Source of the DNA: a virus
Length of the DNA stretch: 64,000 bases
Virus record (IMG/VR): IMGVR_UViG_3300033049_000013
Span: 1-64,000 of that record
Direction: 5' to 3' (one strand)
The notes beneath the pieces are model-generated. The model saw only the letters and a program-made list of their open reading frames with translations. It searched no databases and was not told the origin of the DNA. The translations under genes and the position numbers were made by a program. Positions 39,480-49,157 of this stretch are shown here, piece by piece (within the stretch, counting starts at the first letter, position 1; each line of letters begins with the position of its first letter).

Positions 39480-41033
39480 TTAGTATAAATCAAAATCTCC
39501 TGTCATAGAATCATAGTTAGACACTCGTCCTTGTACAGTTCTACCTCCTTTCTCAAATTTTACAAATTGACCAGGATTAACACCTTGAATTACAATTTCG
39601 TCTTGATATTTAAAGTCAGGAAAACCTCTATCATTTCTACCACCATGCATGAATTGAGCCACCTCATCTTCAGGAGACATCATACTCATATCATCCATTG
39701 GTGCTTCGAGTTGTTCTTGTGGTTGACCTTGTTGTTGACCTTGTTGAGGTTCACTACCTAAATCTTGATTAGGGTCAGAATTTTGTTCAATTAATTGTCC
39801 TAAGACTTGACCTATCTTACCTGTATGTAAGTTATTTAATGGAGTATTTTTAATTTCCTCCATAGAAATACCTTGTTGAAGTAATTCTTTTTCAAATCCT
39901 TCAGAGAAAATATCAGTAGGATTACCTTGTAGCTGTTCAGGACTTAAAGGCTTTAATGCATTAGGTATCATTTCCATTACTTGTTGAGCAACTTGTGCTC
40001 CTATATTCATAGAATCATTACCTACAGAATCTACCTCTTGCATATCTTGAGGTGTTGTCTCAGGTAATTGCATTGCTTGCTCTTCTTGTAATGCTGGATT
40101 CATTTCTGCTTCCATCATACCACCTTCTTGATAAGAACGTCTTGAGTAAGGACTCATGTCTTCACCTATGTTATTCTCTACATTGTAAGTATGTCTATCC
40201 TTGGGAGATAATCTACTAGGGTCTTGATAAGAATTACCACCTAATTGCATAACAATATTATCTTGATATTTGAAATCAGGGAATCCACGGTCATTAATAC
40301 CACCTCCATATGCCCTATTTCGTCTAGGCATAAATCCACCATTACGTTGAATAGGTACACCATTTTGAGGTGGTGACGGTTGATTTAAATCTGGTTGAGC
40401 TGGCATCTCAGCAGGTTGTTGTGAAGCTGCTAATTGAGGTAATTCTAAATTAGCCACAGCTTGCTGGTCATTACCTGCTAAAGTTTCAGCTTCATTAGGA
40501 TTTTCTTGCATAATAAAATCCATTACAGAACCAAACTCTCTACCTTTTTTCTTTAATAGGTCGTGTAATCCCTTCATAAACCTACCTTCATTTTGTCTCT
40601 GTTCCATCATAGACAATTCTTCTTCTAACATTGCTTTAGCTTTAGGGTCGTTTAAATATCTATCTCTAGGATTGTTTTCGGCTTTACTGAAATATTTCAT
40701 ATAAGGTTTCATATCATCTGCCTGTGATTTACCATATTTCTTTCCCGCAGGAAATCCTTTTTCGGTAATCTTAGCAGAAGCTATATATACGGATTCATCA
40801 GTCTTCATAGGTATACCCTCAGTACCACCTGCGTTTTTTTGACCATGCCTAGCACCATTAGCTAGAAAGCCTTTAGAAGAGACTTTACTAGCACTAGCAC
40901 CACCAAACATAGACACATCGCTTGGGTTACCAACAACGACTTCACCACCTTCAATTTCAACATCTACAGCATCACCACCGTCTTCTTTAAAAGTAAGAGG
41001 ATAGGGACTATTACGTCCCCCCTCTTTTAATAC
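39480..41033 (-). CDS. cargo protein C-terminal segment (-1 frame; includes track ORF 39480..40916), probably expressed as a 932-aa fusion with the upstream ORF
   Basis: The frame is open from the slippery site (VLKEGGRNSPYPLTFKEDGGDAVDVEIEGGEVVVGNP...) with no ATG/GTG/TTG before GTG 40916. EIEGGEV...G..H...GG..GIP resembles a motif I recall from crAss cargo proteins. Confidence 0.75.
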   Translation of the reverse strand, partial: VLKEGGRNSPYPLTFKEDGGDAVDVEIEGGEVVVGNPSDVSMFGGASASKVSSKGFLANGARHGQKNAGGTEGIPMKTDESVYIASAKITEKGFPAGKKYGKSQADDMKPYMKYFSKAENNPRDRYLNDPKAKAMLEEELSMMEQRQNEGRFMKGLHDLLKKKGREFGSVMDFIMQENPNEAETLAGNDQQAVANLELPQLAASQQPAEMPAQPDLNQPSPPQNGVPIQRNGGFMPRRNRAYGGGINDRGFPDFKYQDNIVMQLGGNSYQDPSRLSPKDRHTYNVENNIGEDMSPYSRRSYQEGGMMEAEMNPALQEEQAMQLPETTPQDMQEVDSVGNDSMNIGAQVAQQVMEMIPNALKPLSPEQLQGNPTDIFSEGFEKELLQQGISMEEIKNTPLNNLHTGKIGQVLGQLIEQNSDPNQDLGSEPQQGQQQGQPQEQLEAPMDDMSMMSPEDEVAQFMHGGRNDRGFPDFKYQDEIVIQGVNPGQFVKFEKGGRTVQGRVSNYDSMTGDFDLY

Positions 41034-41039
41034 TTTTTT
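40995..41039 (-). promoter_or_regulatory. programmed -1 ribosomal frameshift signal
   Basis: Heptamer A-AAA-AAG (41039-41033) in the correct phase, a 6-nt spacer containing the 0-frame stop, then hairpin AAGAGG-G-GGGAC-GTAATA-GTCCC-TAT-CCTCTT (41026-40995). Confidence 0.8.
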
Positions 41040-42277
41040 CCGTATCGACCGCCCATTTCGTACATTCTATTTCTATTTGTAGCACGTCCTCCCATTCTAT
41101 AAGAAGGCATCATACCCATTCCATCATCCATCATTCCACTAGAATAAGGACGAGTCATTCCACCCATTTGCATTCTGTCGTAATCTCTACCATAAGGGTC
41201 ATTTCCTCTCATGTATTGATTAGTCATTCCGCCCATAGCGTATCTTGAACTCTGAGGCATATTGTTAAGGTCTCTACCTCTTTTATCAATACCTCTGTTA
41301 TTAAAACGATTAGGAGCATCCATTCGCATGTCCATCATACGTTGTCTTTGCTCTGGAGTCATAAGAGACTCTCTATACTCTTGCGGATTAGGCGATGCTT
41401 CGAATCCTCTAGTTAAATCACTATCGTCTTGCATCATCTGTGCTCTTTCAGCCTCAGCTTGCATCATTGCCATTTTCTCTGCTTTTTCTCTAGCCATACG
41501 TCTAGATACTCTACCCATGCCTGTTCCGCCACCATCTTGGTACATTGAACGACCACCATAATTTCTCATCATGCCTTTTAAATAAGTTTTATGTTCAGGA
41601 TTCCACCATGTCTGAGGATGTCCCATTCCATTTTGTTTCATACTGTTCATTTTAGTTAAATTTGAATCATAGTTATTACTATGTCTATAGTTATTTCCAT
41701 TAGTACGCATTCCATCTGCAGCTACTAACGGATTTAGGGAAGTACCTAAACTTCCAACATTCTCTGCTTTCTGACCTTCAGCTACTTGTTCTTGTTGTTG
41801 AGCAGCTTGTTGTCTATTAGCAATAATAGAACTAGCAGCACCTGCAACAGCACCAAGTGGTCCAGCAGTTGCAAAACCTTCCCCAGCACCACTTAAAGTA
41901 CTACCAAGCATATTTTGCCCACTACTAGCTCCTTTAGTATCATCTTGTATTGCAGAACCTACTATACCTGTAGCAAGTCCAGCAGCTTTTCCAGTAATCT
42001 GTCCAGCTCTTTTATAATTAAAAGGTTTACCCTCTGAATCTAATTCAATTTCAGGATCATTATTCATGTAGTCATCTCCTGGTTCACTAACTCCAGTTTC
42101 TCCACCAATCTGTCTTCGTTTTCTAGTAGTTTCCATTAATAGATTAATTTCACTAGGACGCATGTTACGAAAACCTTCATAAGATAAATTAGTAATTGCT
42201 CCTCGTTTTTTAAGCGAATCGTACAGTCCTCTTCTTCTATCAATTGTACCACCTTGTTGATACTTAAATCTTGTCAT
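41027..42277 (-). CDS. cargo protein 1-like (N-terminal part), Met/Gly-rich, 416 aa
   Basis: Directly after the muzzle gene; Gly/Ala-rich hydrophobic hairpin (GAGEGFATAGPLGAVAGAASS); about 8 x-x-x-GG tags. Confidence 0.75.
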   Translation of the reverse strand: MTRFKYQQGGTIDRRRGLYDSLKKRGAITNLSYEGFRNMRPSEINLLMETTRKRRQIGGETGVSEPGDDYMNNDPEIELDSEGKPFNYKRAGQITGKAAGLATGIVGSAIQDDTKGASSGQNMLGSTLSGAGEGFATAGPLGAVAGAASSIIANRQQAAQQQEQVAEGQKAENVGSLGTSLNPLVAADGMRTNGNNYRHSNNYDSNLTKMNSMKQNGMGHPQTWWNPEHKTYLKGMMRNYGGRSMYQDGGGTGMGRVSRRMAREKAEKMAMMQAEAERAQMMQDDSDLTRGFEASPNPQEYRESLMTPEQRQRMMDMRMDAPNRFNNRGIDKRGRDLNNMPQSSRYAMGGMTNQYMRGNDPYGRDYDRMQMGGMTRPYSSGMMDDGMGMMPSYRMGGRATNRNRMYEMGGRYGKKY

Positions 42278-42289
42278 GTTAAATGTATT

Positions 42290-45200
42290 TTATCTTATAG
42301 ATAAGTTAGTTAAGAACGTCATTATCTCTGTTTTGATTTTATAGTCTGCATCAGTATTATTAAAAAATAATCTAACTGCTACATATTTATCTCTAAATCT
42401 AGCCTGCTTATAAATAGACTTTGTACCATCCACACTTAGCGGATTTATAACTCTATCTAAGTAACCTTGTCCTTCTGTATTAAAGGAAGTTTGTAAATTA
42501 CTCCAGTTAGAAGTAAAGAAAGGAATACTACCATTTGTTACTTCATCCCTAAATCTATTAAATCTCCAGTAATTTTCTGTCCTATCTATTAAAGTTTGTG
42601 TTAGAGGTAACGTAATATTTTGATAACTGTTAGGTATTTTAACTATAAGGTTTCTTAAATTAGAACATTGTTTACCATTATACACGTAAAACCTATCAAA
42701 AGTAACATCTTCCACTCTATAAGAGTAGTCGGAGTCAGCCTCGTATATATAACTATCTGTTACAAATTGTGTACTATAATAAACCTTTTCTGTAGCAGGT
42801 GATTGGTCTAAACTAATATCTATAATGTGGTCATACTTTACACCATAGTAGGTTTGAAAGTTTCTTTCTATATGTTTCCAGACTACTGTATTATTATCAG
42901 TTCTATTTATAAAACTGTAGAAGTTAGTATTGTCATGGTACATATAATTTGGTTGATAGCTATGGAAGCTTACCCAAAAATTACCATCTAATGAATAACT
43001 CATAGTCCAACTTTTATTCTCAAACCATGCAGTGTCATTCATACCTATTTCTACAAATTCTGAACCATTCCAGTAATGCCATGCGATGTAATCAAATTCA
43101 TCGAATATTGCATATAGAGTATTAACTACTCCGCTTACTGGTAAAGTACCTAAATAGCCTCCAAATAATATAGTATTATTATCATCATCTGTTGCACGAA
43201 TTAAATAATCCTTTTTATGTAATACAATTCTATTCATTCTAGCATCATAAACAGCTTGGAATCCTACAGAGTTATCTGTGGAAGTACCACGTACTGTATA
43301 TTCAATACCAGCAGTTAGCATATAAAATTGATTAATAAATTCTAAAGATAAATTTGAGTGAAACCATTGTTCCATTCCTAGTTTAGATACTTCATTTAAT
43401 CCTTTACCAAATAAGAATATTCTACCACCAGCTTCATCTACATAGAATGTACCGTATTGCGTCCCTACGACAGTGTATTGACTACCTGAACCTCCATATC
43501 CATATTGTACAGAAACAAGTCTCTGCGGTGGAATAGAACCTATTTGTCCTGTTCCTATGAAAATAGTGGCTGCATTACTATCTAATTGTTGAGGTCTAGT
43601 CTGTACTGAAAATAATGCTTTCTCAGTATGTACATATAATTGATCTTTTTCTAAGAACATTGCAGTAATAGGACCAGATTCACTAGGAATAGGAAATTTA
43701 TTATTAGGCAATATTATTTTAAAATTATCAGCAATATCTTGAGCTTGTCCAGGAATTGAGTAGTAGATACTATTCGGTTCTCTTCCACTACAATCATCAC
43801 AGTAATTATAATTATCTGATACAGGGAAACTAGGAGTCTCATTATTTTGTTTACCAAAGTCTTTATTGTAATCATACTTAAATTCTCTGTAACCAAAGTT
43901 TGCTTCACTTACTTCTGTAGTATTAGTTAGCTCCACATCAGACCATAAAGTATCTTTATTGAAAGTTGAGCCACTTCTACCTACATTAAGATGGGTAAAC
44001 CTATCAAAATATTTAGGAGCATATTCAGATTCTGGTACTGCTGAATGTGCTAAAGAACTATTAATATTATCCGACTCTACAAAACCTTCCATAGATGATG
44101 CATTTGATTTCATATTATTAAGGTAATCACCATCACCTGAGATTTTAGACCATGTTTTAACATTTCTTACTTTAGTAATAAAAGTATCTCCACCTTTAAT
44201 AAGTTCATCATTAAATATAGCAGTACGAGGTATAAAACAAGTGTTCAATCGTAAGTATGTAATATTCTCTAAAAACCCAAACACATCTGTATTATTTTTT
44301 ATAGACACATAGAAGTTAGATACACTATGTCCTCTTAAGGCATCTTGTGCATCATCTACACTAGATTTTTTATATCCGTAAATAATATCACTTACTTGAC
44401 TTAATGCAGGATTCATTACCATAGGAAAAGGTAATTTAGTTTGATAGAAACTAGCTACTTGCCCAAATGAATCTGTAGTTAATTGTGTAGGGATTGAAAA
44501 CTGTGCAGCCCCACCAATTGAATGCCAGGGTACAATTGCTGCTCCCCTAATTTCTCTTTGAAATCCTAAGTATGCTAAATCTGTAGGTATTAATGTAGTG
44601 CTAGAACCTGGTGAATTTGAATAAAGATTCTGAGCTACAGCAACATGATTGAAATCACAATGCGTATAGCTGTCGTAATAATTAGTTCTACCTAATAGTA
44701 AATCACCTAATTCTAACTCTACTTGTTGCACAACAAATAATTCACGTTCTCCTGAATTTGCAGTTAAGTTAGATGGATGATAACTCATTACAGGACATTC
44801 TATTTTAATGAAATCTCCTGACGGTACACTTAAATCAAAGACGGTTGAAGGTGAAACGTACTCCACAAAATTACTTTCTGTCCCATGGAAGTGGTCATTG
44901 TCTGATGCAGAAAATCCTATGTCTGGTCTAAAATCTGGATTACTACTGTATCCATAACCATCATAAGTAGGTAATGAACTAGTAAAAGATATGTCTGCTC
45001 TAATGCCATCACTAATTGTATAAGAATCTTCACGTATCCTACCTACTGGAGGTACACCTGGAAGTCCTGGTAATAGAGCAAAATCATAAGTAAAGAATCC
45101 TGTAAGTAAATTAAATTTTATTTCTGGAAACCATATACGTGCATATCCACCTGCATTAGCTAAAGCAAAAGCCCTAGTATAAAATGTAGGTACATAGTTA

Positions 45201-47584
45201 TTTCTCCACATGTATCCTTTATCTATAATGGTCTTATTTTCAGGAGTTCGTTTACCATACACAATATAATGCCCACGTATGCTATTTCTTAATTTTGTAG
45301 GCATATTAGCATACACCTCAGTCATATCGACTATTAGACCTATCTTATTTAAAGCTATTCGCCTAAATACATTTGGATCTACAGTAGAAGGTATATTGTT
45401 AGTTGTTACCCAATCTCTTGTAGTTAATCCCATTTGATTTTCTTGATAGCCATAAACACCTGCATCTCCTCCACAATCAGGTATTCTATGATGTCTTATT
45501 GGTTGTCCTACTAAATTAGCTCCACCAATACTAGTAGCATCAAATACTGGTACTCCACTACAATCTTTATTAGTAGTGTATATATTATTAGAATGTTCAT
45601 AATATCCCATATAACCTTCTATAGTAGTATCCGTATTAGTACCCGTGGTTACAAAAGTATTATGTACTTTCCATCTAGGTATTGCTGTACAATCTAGAAA
45701 ATCAAAACTACTTTCATTTAGGAATAAACCAACATTTCCACCAGCAACATATACATCAACTCTACTACCTCCTGTTATTTCATGGTAAGAAACACCAACA
45801 GTATTACCTGATGTAGACACTCCATCTGAATCATAATAGAATATCTGTAAACACATAATGTTTTTAGAAACATCGTTATATGAAAAACCTAATGTATTAT
45901 CAGCAGTAGTTAAGAATTTGAAGGTTGTATCTACAAAATAAGAATCTCCTCCTCCTAGTATAGTAATACGAACGAGTGCTCTATCATTTGTGTCCAGAGC
46001 AAGTGTAAATTCACCTGTACTACCTGTAAGTAAACTAACTGTGAATGTAGTACTAAATTTAGCAGAAGTTTCATTTACTTCAGTACACGCTAATGTATCT
46101 AATAAATGAGTTACATTACTATAACCTACTCTAGTATCTTCATCTCCACTTTGTATTTCTGCATCAGGAGTAATTGTTAACGGTCGGTCATCCCATCTAT
46201 TTACTAATGGTAAGTTACCTCGTGAGATGTGTATATTCCTGCTATTCAAGTTAGCAATAGGAGTTAAGTCATTACCATCGAAGTCTTCATTTAAAGGTCT
46301 ACCAGGCGTATGTACTGCTGGCAATTCTGTACCATTATTAAGAACAAACACTGTACCTAGAGATATAATCTCATCTCTCATATGTGTTTTACCATCAAAA
46401 ATTATAACACTATTTCTATCTGCAAATTCTTGACCTACATTAGGAGATTTACTATTAACAACATAGTCTTTATACATTCTCCATTTAGTCTTAGCTCTCA
46501 AGTTAGTTCTTTGTAGTACTGCTAAGTCTTCATTTAAATTAGCTACATTTCCTAATAATAATCTATTATCAATAATTTCGTGTGCTCTTACACCAGTAAA
46601 TGGTATTATTGGCACAGTTACTTCAGATAAACTAGATATAGTATGACTAGTACTATCAAATCCTAAATAAGTATACTCGGCAGTACCAATGTTATTATCT
46701 ACAACAATAGGTATACTATCCAATATAAATACTTCGTCAATATTGCTTGTACCTTGTATAGCAGATAATACAGCTAGTTGTACAAATCTAAATGTAGGAT
46801 CTAAATCAGTTAAATTCAATTTAATACTTTTGTTAGTAATAGTATCTATTGATTCTCCATCCGCAATATTACTGTTTGTAGATTCTGTGTATACAAATAT
46901 AGGGTAACTAGCAGGAGACCAGTTAGTCCCATTACGTTGACTATCTAAGTACCTCATTACGAATTGATGGCTACCACTAGGTATAGAACCTCCAGCATCT
47001 CTTACTACTTCTAACTTTAAACATCCAGGATTAAAAGATAAGAAGTGATTAAATTTATCACAATTCCAAGCTGTTAAATAGTTAGTACCTAGATTGGCAG
47101 TATCTATTGTAAATAATGGATTTCCATTACTATCCAATGCTAAGTAACTATCTAAGTTATCTAAGTTAAGCGCTTTGTACGAAGTTATACCATCAGTGAA
47201 ATAAACTATTCGCTCACATCCTCCTACAATTCTAGCTCTAGTAGTTAATTGTCTATGGCTTTTAAATCCAATACAATTAGTTTTAACGGATACTGCAAAA
47301 TCACAATTCATAGGGTCATGAATACCTATAATAGAATCTGTATCATTTGTAAAAAATAGTACAAACTTATTATCAGGTAGTATTTGTGCTCCGATTAACG
47401 TATAGTTATCTTCACTGTAATTGATACATATTTCATTACCTACTTCATTAGTTATAGATGAAGCATCTCCATCCCAAGAACCAAATAAAGCATTTAATGC
47501 AAAATTCCATGTACCTTTAGGTTGTTGCTTAGGACTCGCTTGTGTGAACATTCCTTTTACTAAAGGAGTCGATTCTTTTTTCAT
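42290..47584 (-). CDS. tail muzzle / tail stabilisation protein (P22 gp10-like, crAss type), 1764 aa
   Basis: Beta-rich. N-terminal KGM...P...P.GT..FALNA; YFTDG; RLLLGN; GGDTFI; SWTMSYS...WVSFHSYQP; RFRDKY. Synteny after ring protein and IHF. Confidence 0.85.
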   Translation of the reverse strand: MKKESTPLVKGMFTQASPKQQPKGTWNFALNALFGSWDGDASSITNEVGNEICINYSEDNYTLIGAQILPDNKFVLFFTNDTDSIIGIHDPMNCDFAVSVKTNCIGFKSHRQLTTRARIVGGCERIVYFTDGITSYKALNLDNLDSYLALDSNGNPLFTIDTANLGTNYLTAWNCDKFNHFLSFNPGCLKLEVVRDAGGSIPSGSHQFVMRYLDSQRNGTNWSPASYPIFVYTESTNSNIADGESIDTITNKSIKLNLTDLDPTFRFVQLAVLSAIQGTSNIDEVFILDSIPIVVDNNIGTAEYTYLGFDSTSHTISSLSEVTVPIIPFTGVRAHEIIDNRLLLGNVANLNEDLAVLQRTNLRAKTKWRMYKDYVVNSKSPNVGQEFADRNSVIIFDGKTHMRDEIISLGTVFVLNNGTELPAVHTPGRPLNEDFDGNDLTPIANLNSRNIHISRGNLPLVNRWDDRPLTITPDAEIQSGDEDTRVGYSNVTHLLDTLACTEVNETSAKFSTTFTVSLLTGSTGEFTLALDTNDRALVRITILGGGDSYFVDTTFKFLTTADNTLGFSYNDVSKNIMCLQIFYYDSDGVSTSGNTVGVSYHEITGGSRVDVYVAGGNVGLFLNESSFDFLDCTAIPRWKVHNTFVTTGTNTDTTIEGYMGYYEHSNNIYTTNKDCSGVPVFDATSIGGANLVGQPIRHHRIPDCGGDAGVYGYQENQMGLTTRDWVTTNNIPSTVDPNVFRRIALNKIGLIVDMTEVYANMPTKLRNSIRGHYIVYGKRTPENKTIIDKGYMWRNNYVPTFYTRAFALANAGGYARIWFPEIKFNLLTGFFTYDFALLPGLPGVPPVGRIREDSYTISDGIRADISFTSSLPTYDGYGYSSNPDFRPDIGFSASDNDHFHGTESNFVEYVSPSTVFDLSVPSGDFIKIECPVMSYHPSNLTANSGERELFVVQQVELELGDLLLGRTNYYDSYTHCDFNHVAVAQNLYSNSPGSSTTLIPTDLAYLGFQREIRGAAIVPWHSIGGAAQFSIPTQLTTDSFGQVASFYQTKLPFPMVMNPALSQVSDIIYGYKKSSVDDAQDALRGHSVSNFYVSIKNNTDVFGFLENITYLRLNTCFIPRTAIFNDELIKGGDTFITKVRNVKTWSKISGDGDYLNNMKSNASSMEGFVESDNINSSLAHSAVPESEYAPKYFDRFTHLNVGRSGSTFNKDTLWSDVELTNTTEVSEANFGYREFKYDYNKDFGKQNNETPSFPVSDNYNYCDDCSGREPNSIYYSIPGQAQDIADNFKIILPNNKFPIPSESGPITAMFLEKDQLYVHTEKALFSVQTRPQQLDSNAATIFIGTGQIGSIPPQRLVSVQYGYGGSGSQYTVVGTQYGTFYVDEAGGRIFLFGKGLNEVSKLGMEQWFHSNLSLEFINQFYMLTAGIEYTVRGTSTDNSVGFQAVYDARMNRIVLHKKDYLIRATDDDNNTILFGGYLGTLPVSGVVNTLYAIFDEFDYIAWHYWNGSEFVEIGMNDTAWFENKSWTMSYSLDGNFWVSFHSYQPNYMYHDNTNFYSFINRTDNNTVVWKHIERNFQTYYGVKYDHIIDISLDQSPATEKVYYSTQFVTDSYIYEADSDYSYRVEDVTFDRFYVYNGKQCSNLRNLIVKIPNSYQNITLPLTQTLIDRTENYWRFNRFRDEVTNGSIPFFTSNWSNLQTSFNTEGQGYLDRVINPLSVDGTKSIYKQARFRDKYVAVRLFFNNTDADYKIKTEIMTFLTNLSIR

Positions 47585-47598
47585 ATTTATTTATCTAT

Positions 47599-48636
47599 TT
47601 AATATCTGCTTCCTGTATGTGGTCTAGGATAATTATAATTTTGGAATGAATTATATCGTGTTGGATTATTAAAGTGCATAGTTTCAGTGTTATTCAATGC
47701 ACCCATTGCAGTAGCAAATGGTGAATCTTCTTTTATAAATTTATTCATGTTACGAATATTTTGACTTTGTATTAAGTCAGGCATCATTAATGCCGCACTA
47801 GCTTTAGGTCCCAATAATTCAAATTCATGTGAAAATTGTTGATACTTTTGTTGAGCACCTGACACATTCCCTGTATTATATTTCCATTTCCAATACTTTT
47901 TAAGTACAGCAGCTTCAAGTGCATCACTTACATACTCATAGTCGGCATATAAGAACTCACCTTCATCATTAGTAGGAATGCCTGTATATGCCATACATAA
48001 CTGTCCTCGTTCAAATGTTGTAACCACACATCCATTTTGTATACTAAATGCAGGTTCACAATTTCTATAAACTTGACTAGGCGCACCTAATAATACACTA
48101 TTATGGAATACATTAGAAGCTAATCTTAACGGTTTCCAATCTGTACTGGAACTAAAATCACTAGGATAGTATAACTGATCTTCTGTTAAATTTTTATCTA
48201 GTTTTCCTTTAATTACACCTATATCACTACCACTATTAATCTTTACATTAGTTCTAGTTATCTCGGTAGTAACCGTAGTCTTAGTTATAGTATCTGTAGT
48301 CTTACCTGTACTAAGATCCTTAGAAGTCTCAAATTCTACGTTCTGGTTACTAAAAGGATTAGTTCTAGGTCTATTACCCATATCAGAATCAAACTCCCTG
48401 TAAAGTACCATTTCTAGACGATAAAGACCATCAGGTAGAGGCGCTTTATTATTGAATACTTCTTTGTAGTCTATACCCACTTCATATATCTCTCTTGGTG
48501 CAATAGATTCATAAGCTTGGTATGCCCATTCTTCTAACTTATCTACACTCATAGAGTCTTTAGGTAAGTACTCTATAACTCTAGCAGCTATTGCCTTTAA
48601 TGGGGCAGTTCTTACATTTTTTAAATAGTTACTCAT
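47599..48636 (-). CDS. tail ring / tail tubular protein (P22 gp4-like)
   Basis: EW..QA, LP..L, T.FE.G...AY..IP...EG motifs; position between IHF-like and muzzle genes as in crAss-like phages. Confidence 0.75.
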   Translation of the reverse strand: MSNYLKNVRTAPLKAIAARVIEYLPKDSMSVDKLEEWAYQAYESIAPREIYEVGIDYKEVFNNKAPLPDGLYRLEMVLYREFDSDMGNRPRTNPFSNQNVEFETSKDLSTGKTTDTITKTTVTTEITRTNVKINSGSDIGVIKGKLDKNLTEDQLYYPSDFSSSTDWKPLRLASNVFHNSVLLGAPSQVYRNCEPAFSIQNGCVVTTFERGQLCMAYTGIPTNDEGEFLYADYEYVSDALEAAVLKKYWKWKYNTGNVSGAQQKYQQFSHEFELLGPKASAALMMPDLIQSQNIRNMNKFIKEDSPFATAMGALNNTETMHFNNPTRYNSFQNYNYPRPHTGSRY

Positions 48637-49154
48637 TATTTATTTTTTAAATAAGGATTAAATATACTATACATCCTAAATCCTTTTTCTTTAAAGAATG
48701 GTATCAATGATACTTTAGGATTATTTTTATTATAACTATTAGGTCTAATATTAGGTCTAGTCATTTTAAAATAGAATTTCATCTTATTCCTAAAATTAGC
48801 TTTCTTTCTAGACCAATAGACCTTTGGTACAAAACCTCTAGTTACTCTATTAGTATGATATACTGTTTTTTTATTATCAGGATTATCTTTATTGTGTTTA
48901 CCATAAGTTATCTTAGTTTGATTATAATCTATTTGCTTATTTTTTTGCAAATATTTAACTATTCTAAGCATACCTAATCTATTTGGTAAGTCAATTCCTT
49001 GTCCTGTAGTAATTAATTCGTAAGACAGTTCTTCTCCTATACTTTTAATTACTTTATTATATTCTTTTTTGGTTAAGTAAAGTTTATGTTCCCTACTATA
49101 CTTATCTCTATAACTCGAATAAGATTCTAAAACGCTAATTCTTCTTTCTTCCAT
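48636..49154 (-). CDS. IHF/HU-like DNA-binding protein (crAss type)
   Basis: Basic protein with LITTG..IDLPNRLGMLRIVK and ID...T...H.N...G...W; conserved crAss position. Confidence 0.75.
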   Translation of the reverse strand: MEERRISVLESYSSYRDKYSREHKLYLTKKEYNKVIKSIGEELSYELITTGQGIDLPNRLGMLRIVKYLQKNKQIDYNQTKITYGKHNKDNPDNKKTVYHTNRVTRGFVPKVYWSRKKANFRNKMKFYFKMTRPNIRPNSYNKNNPKVSLIPFFKEKGFRMYSIFNPYLKNK

Positions 49155-49157
49155 GTA

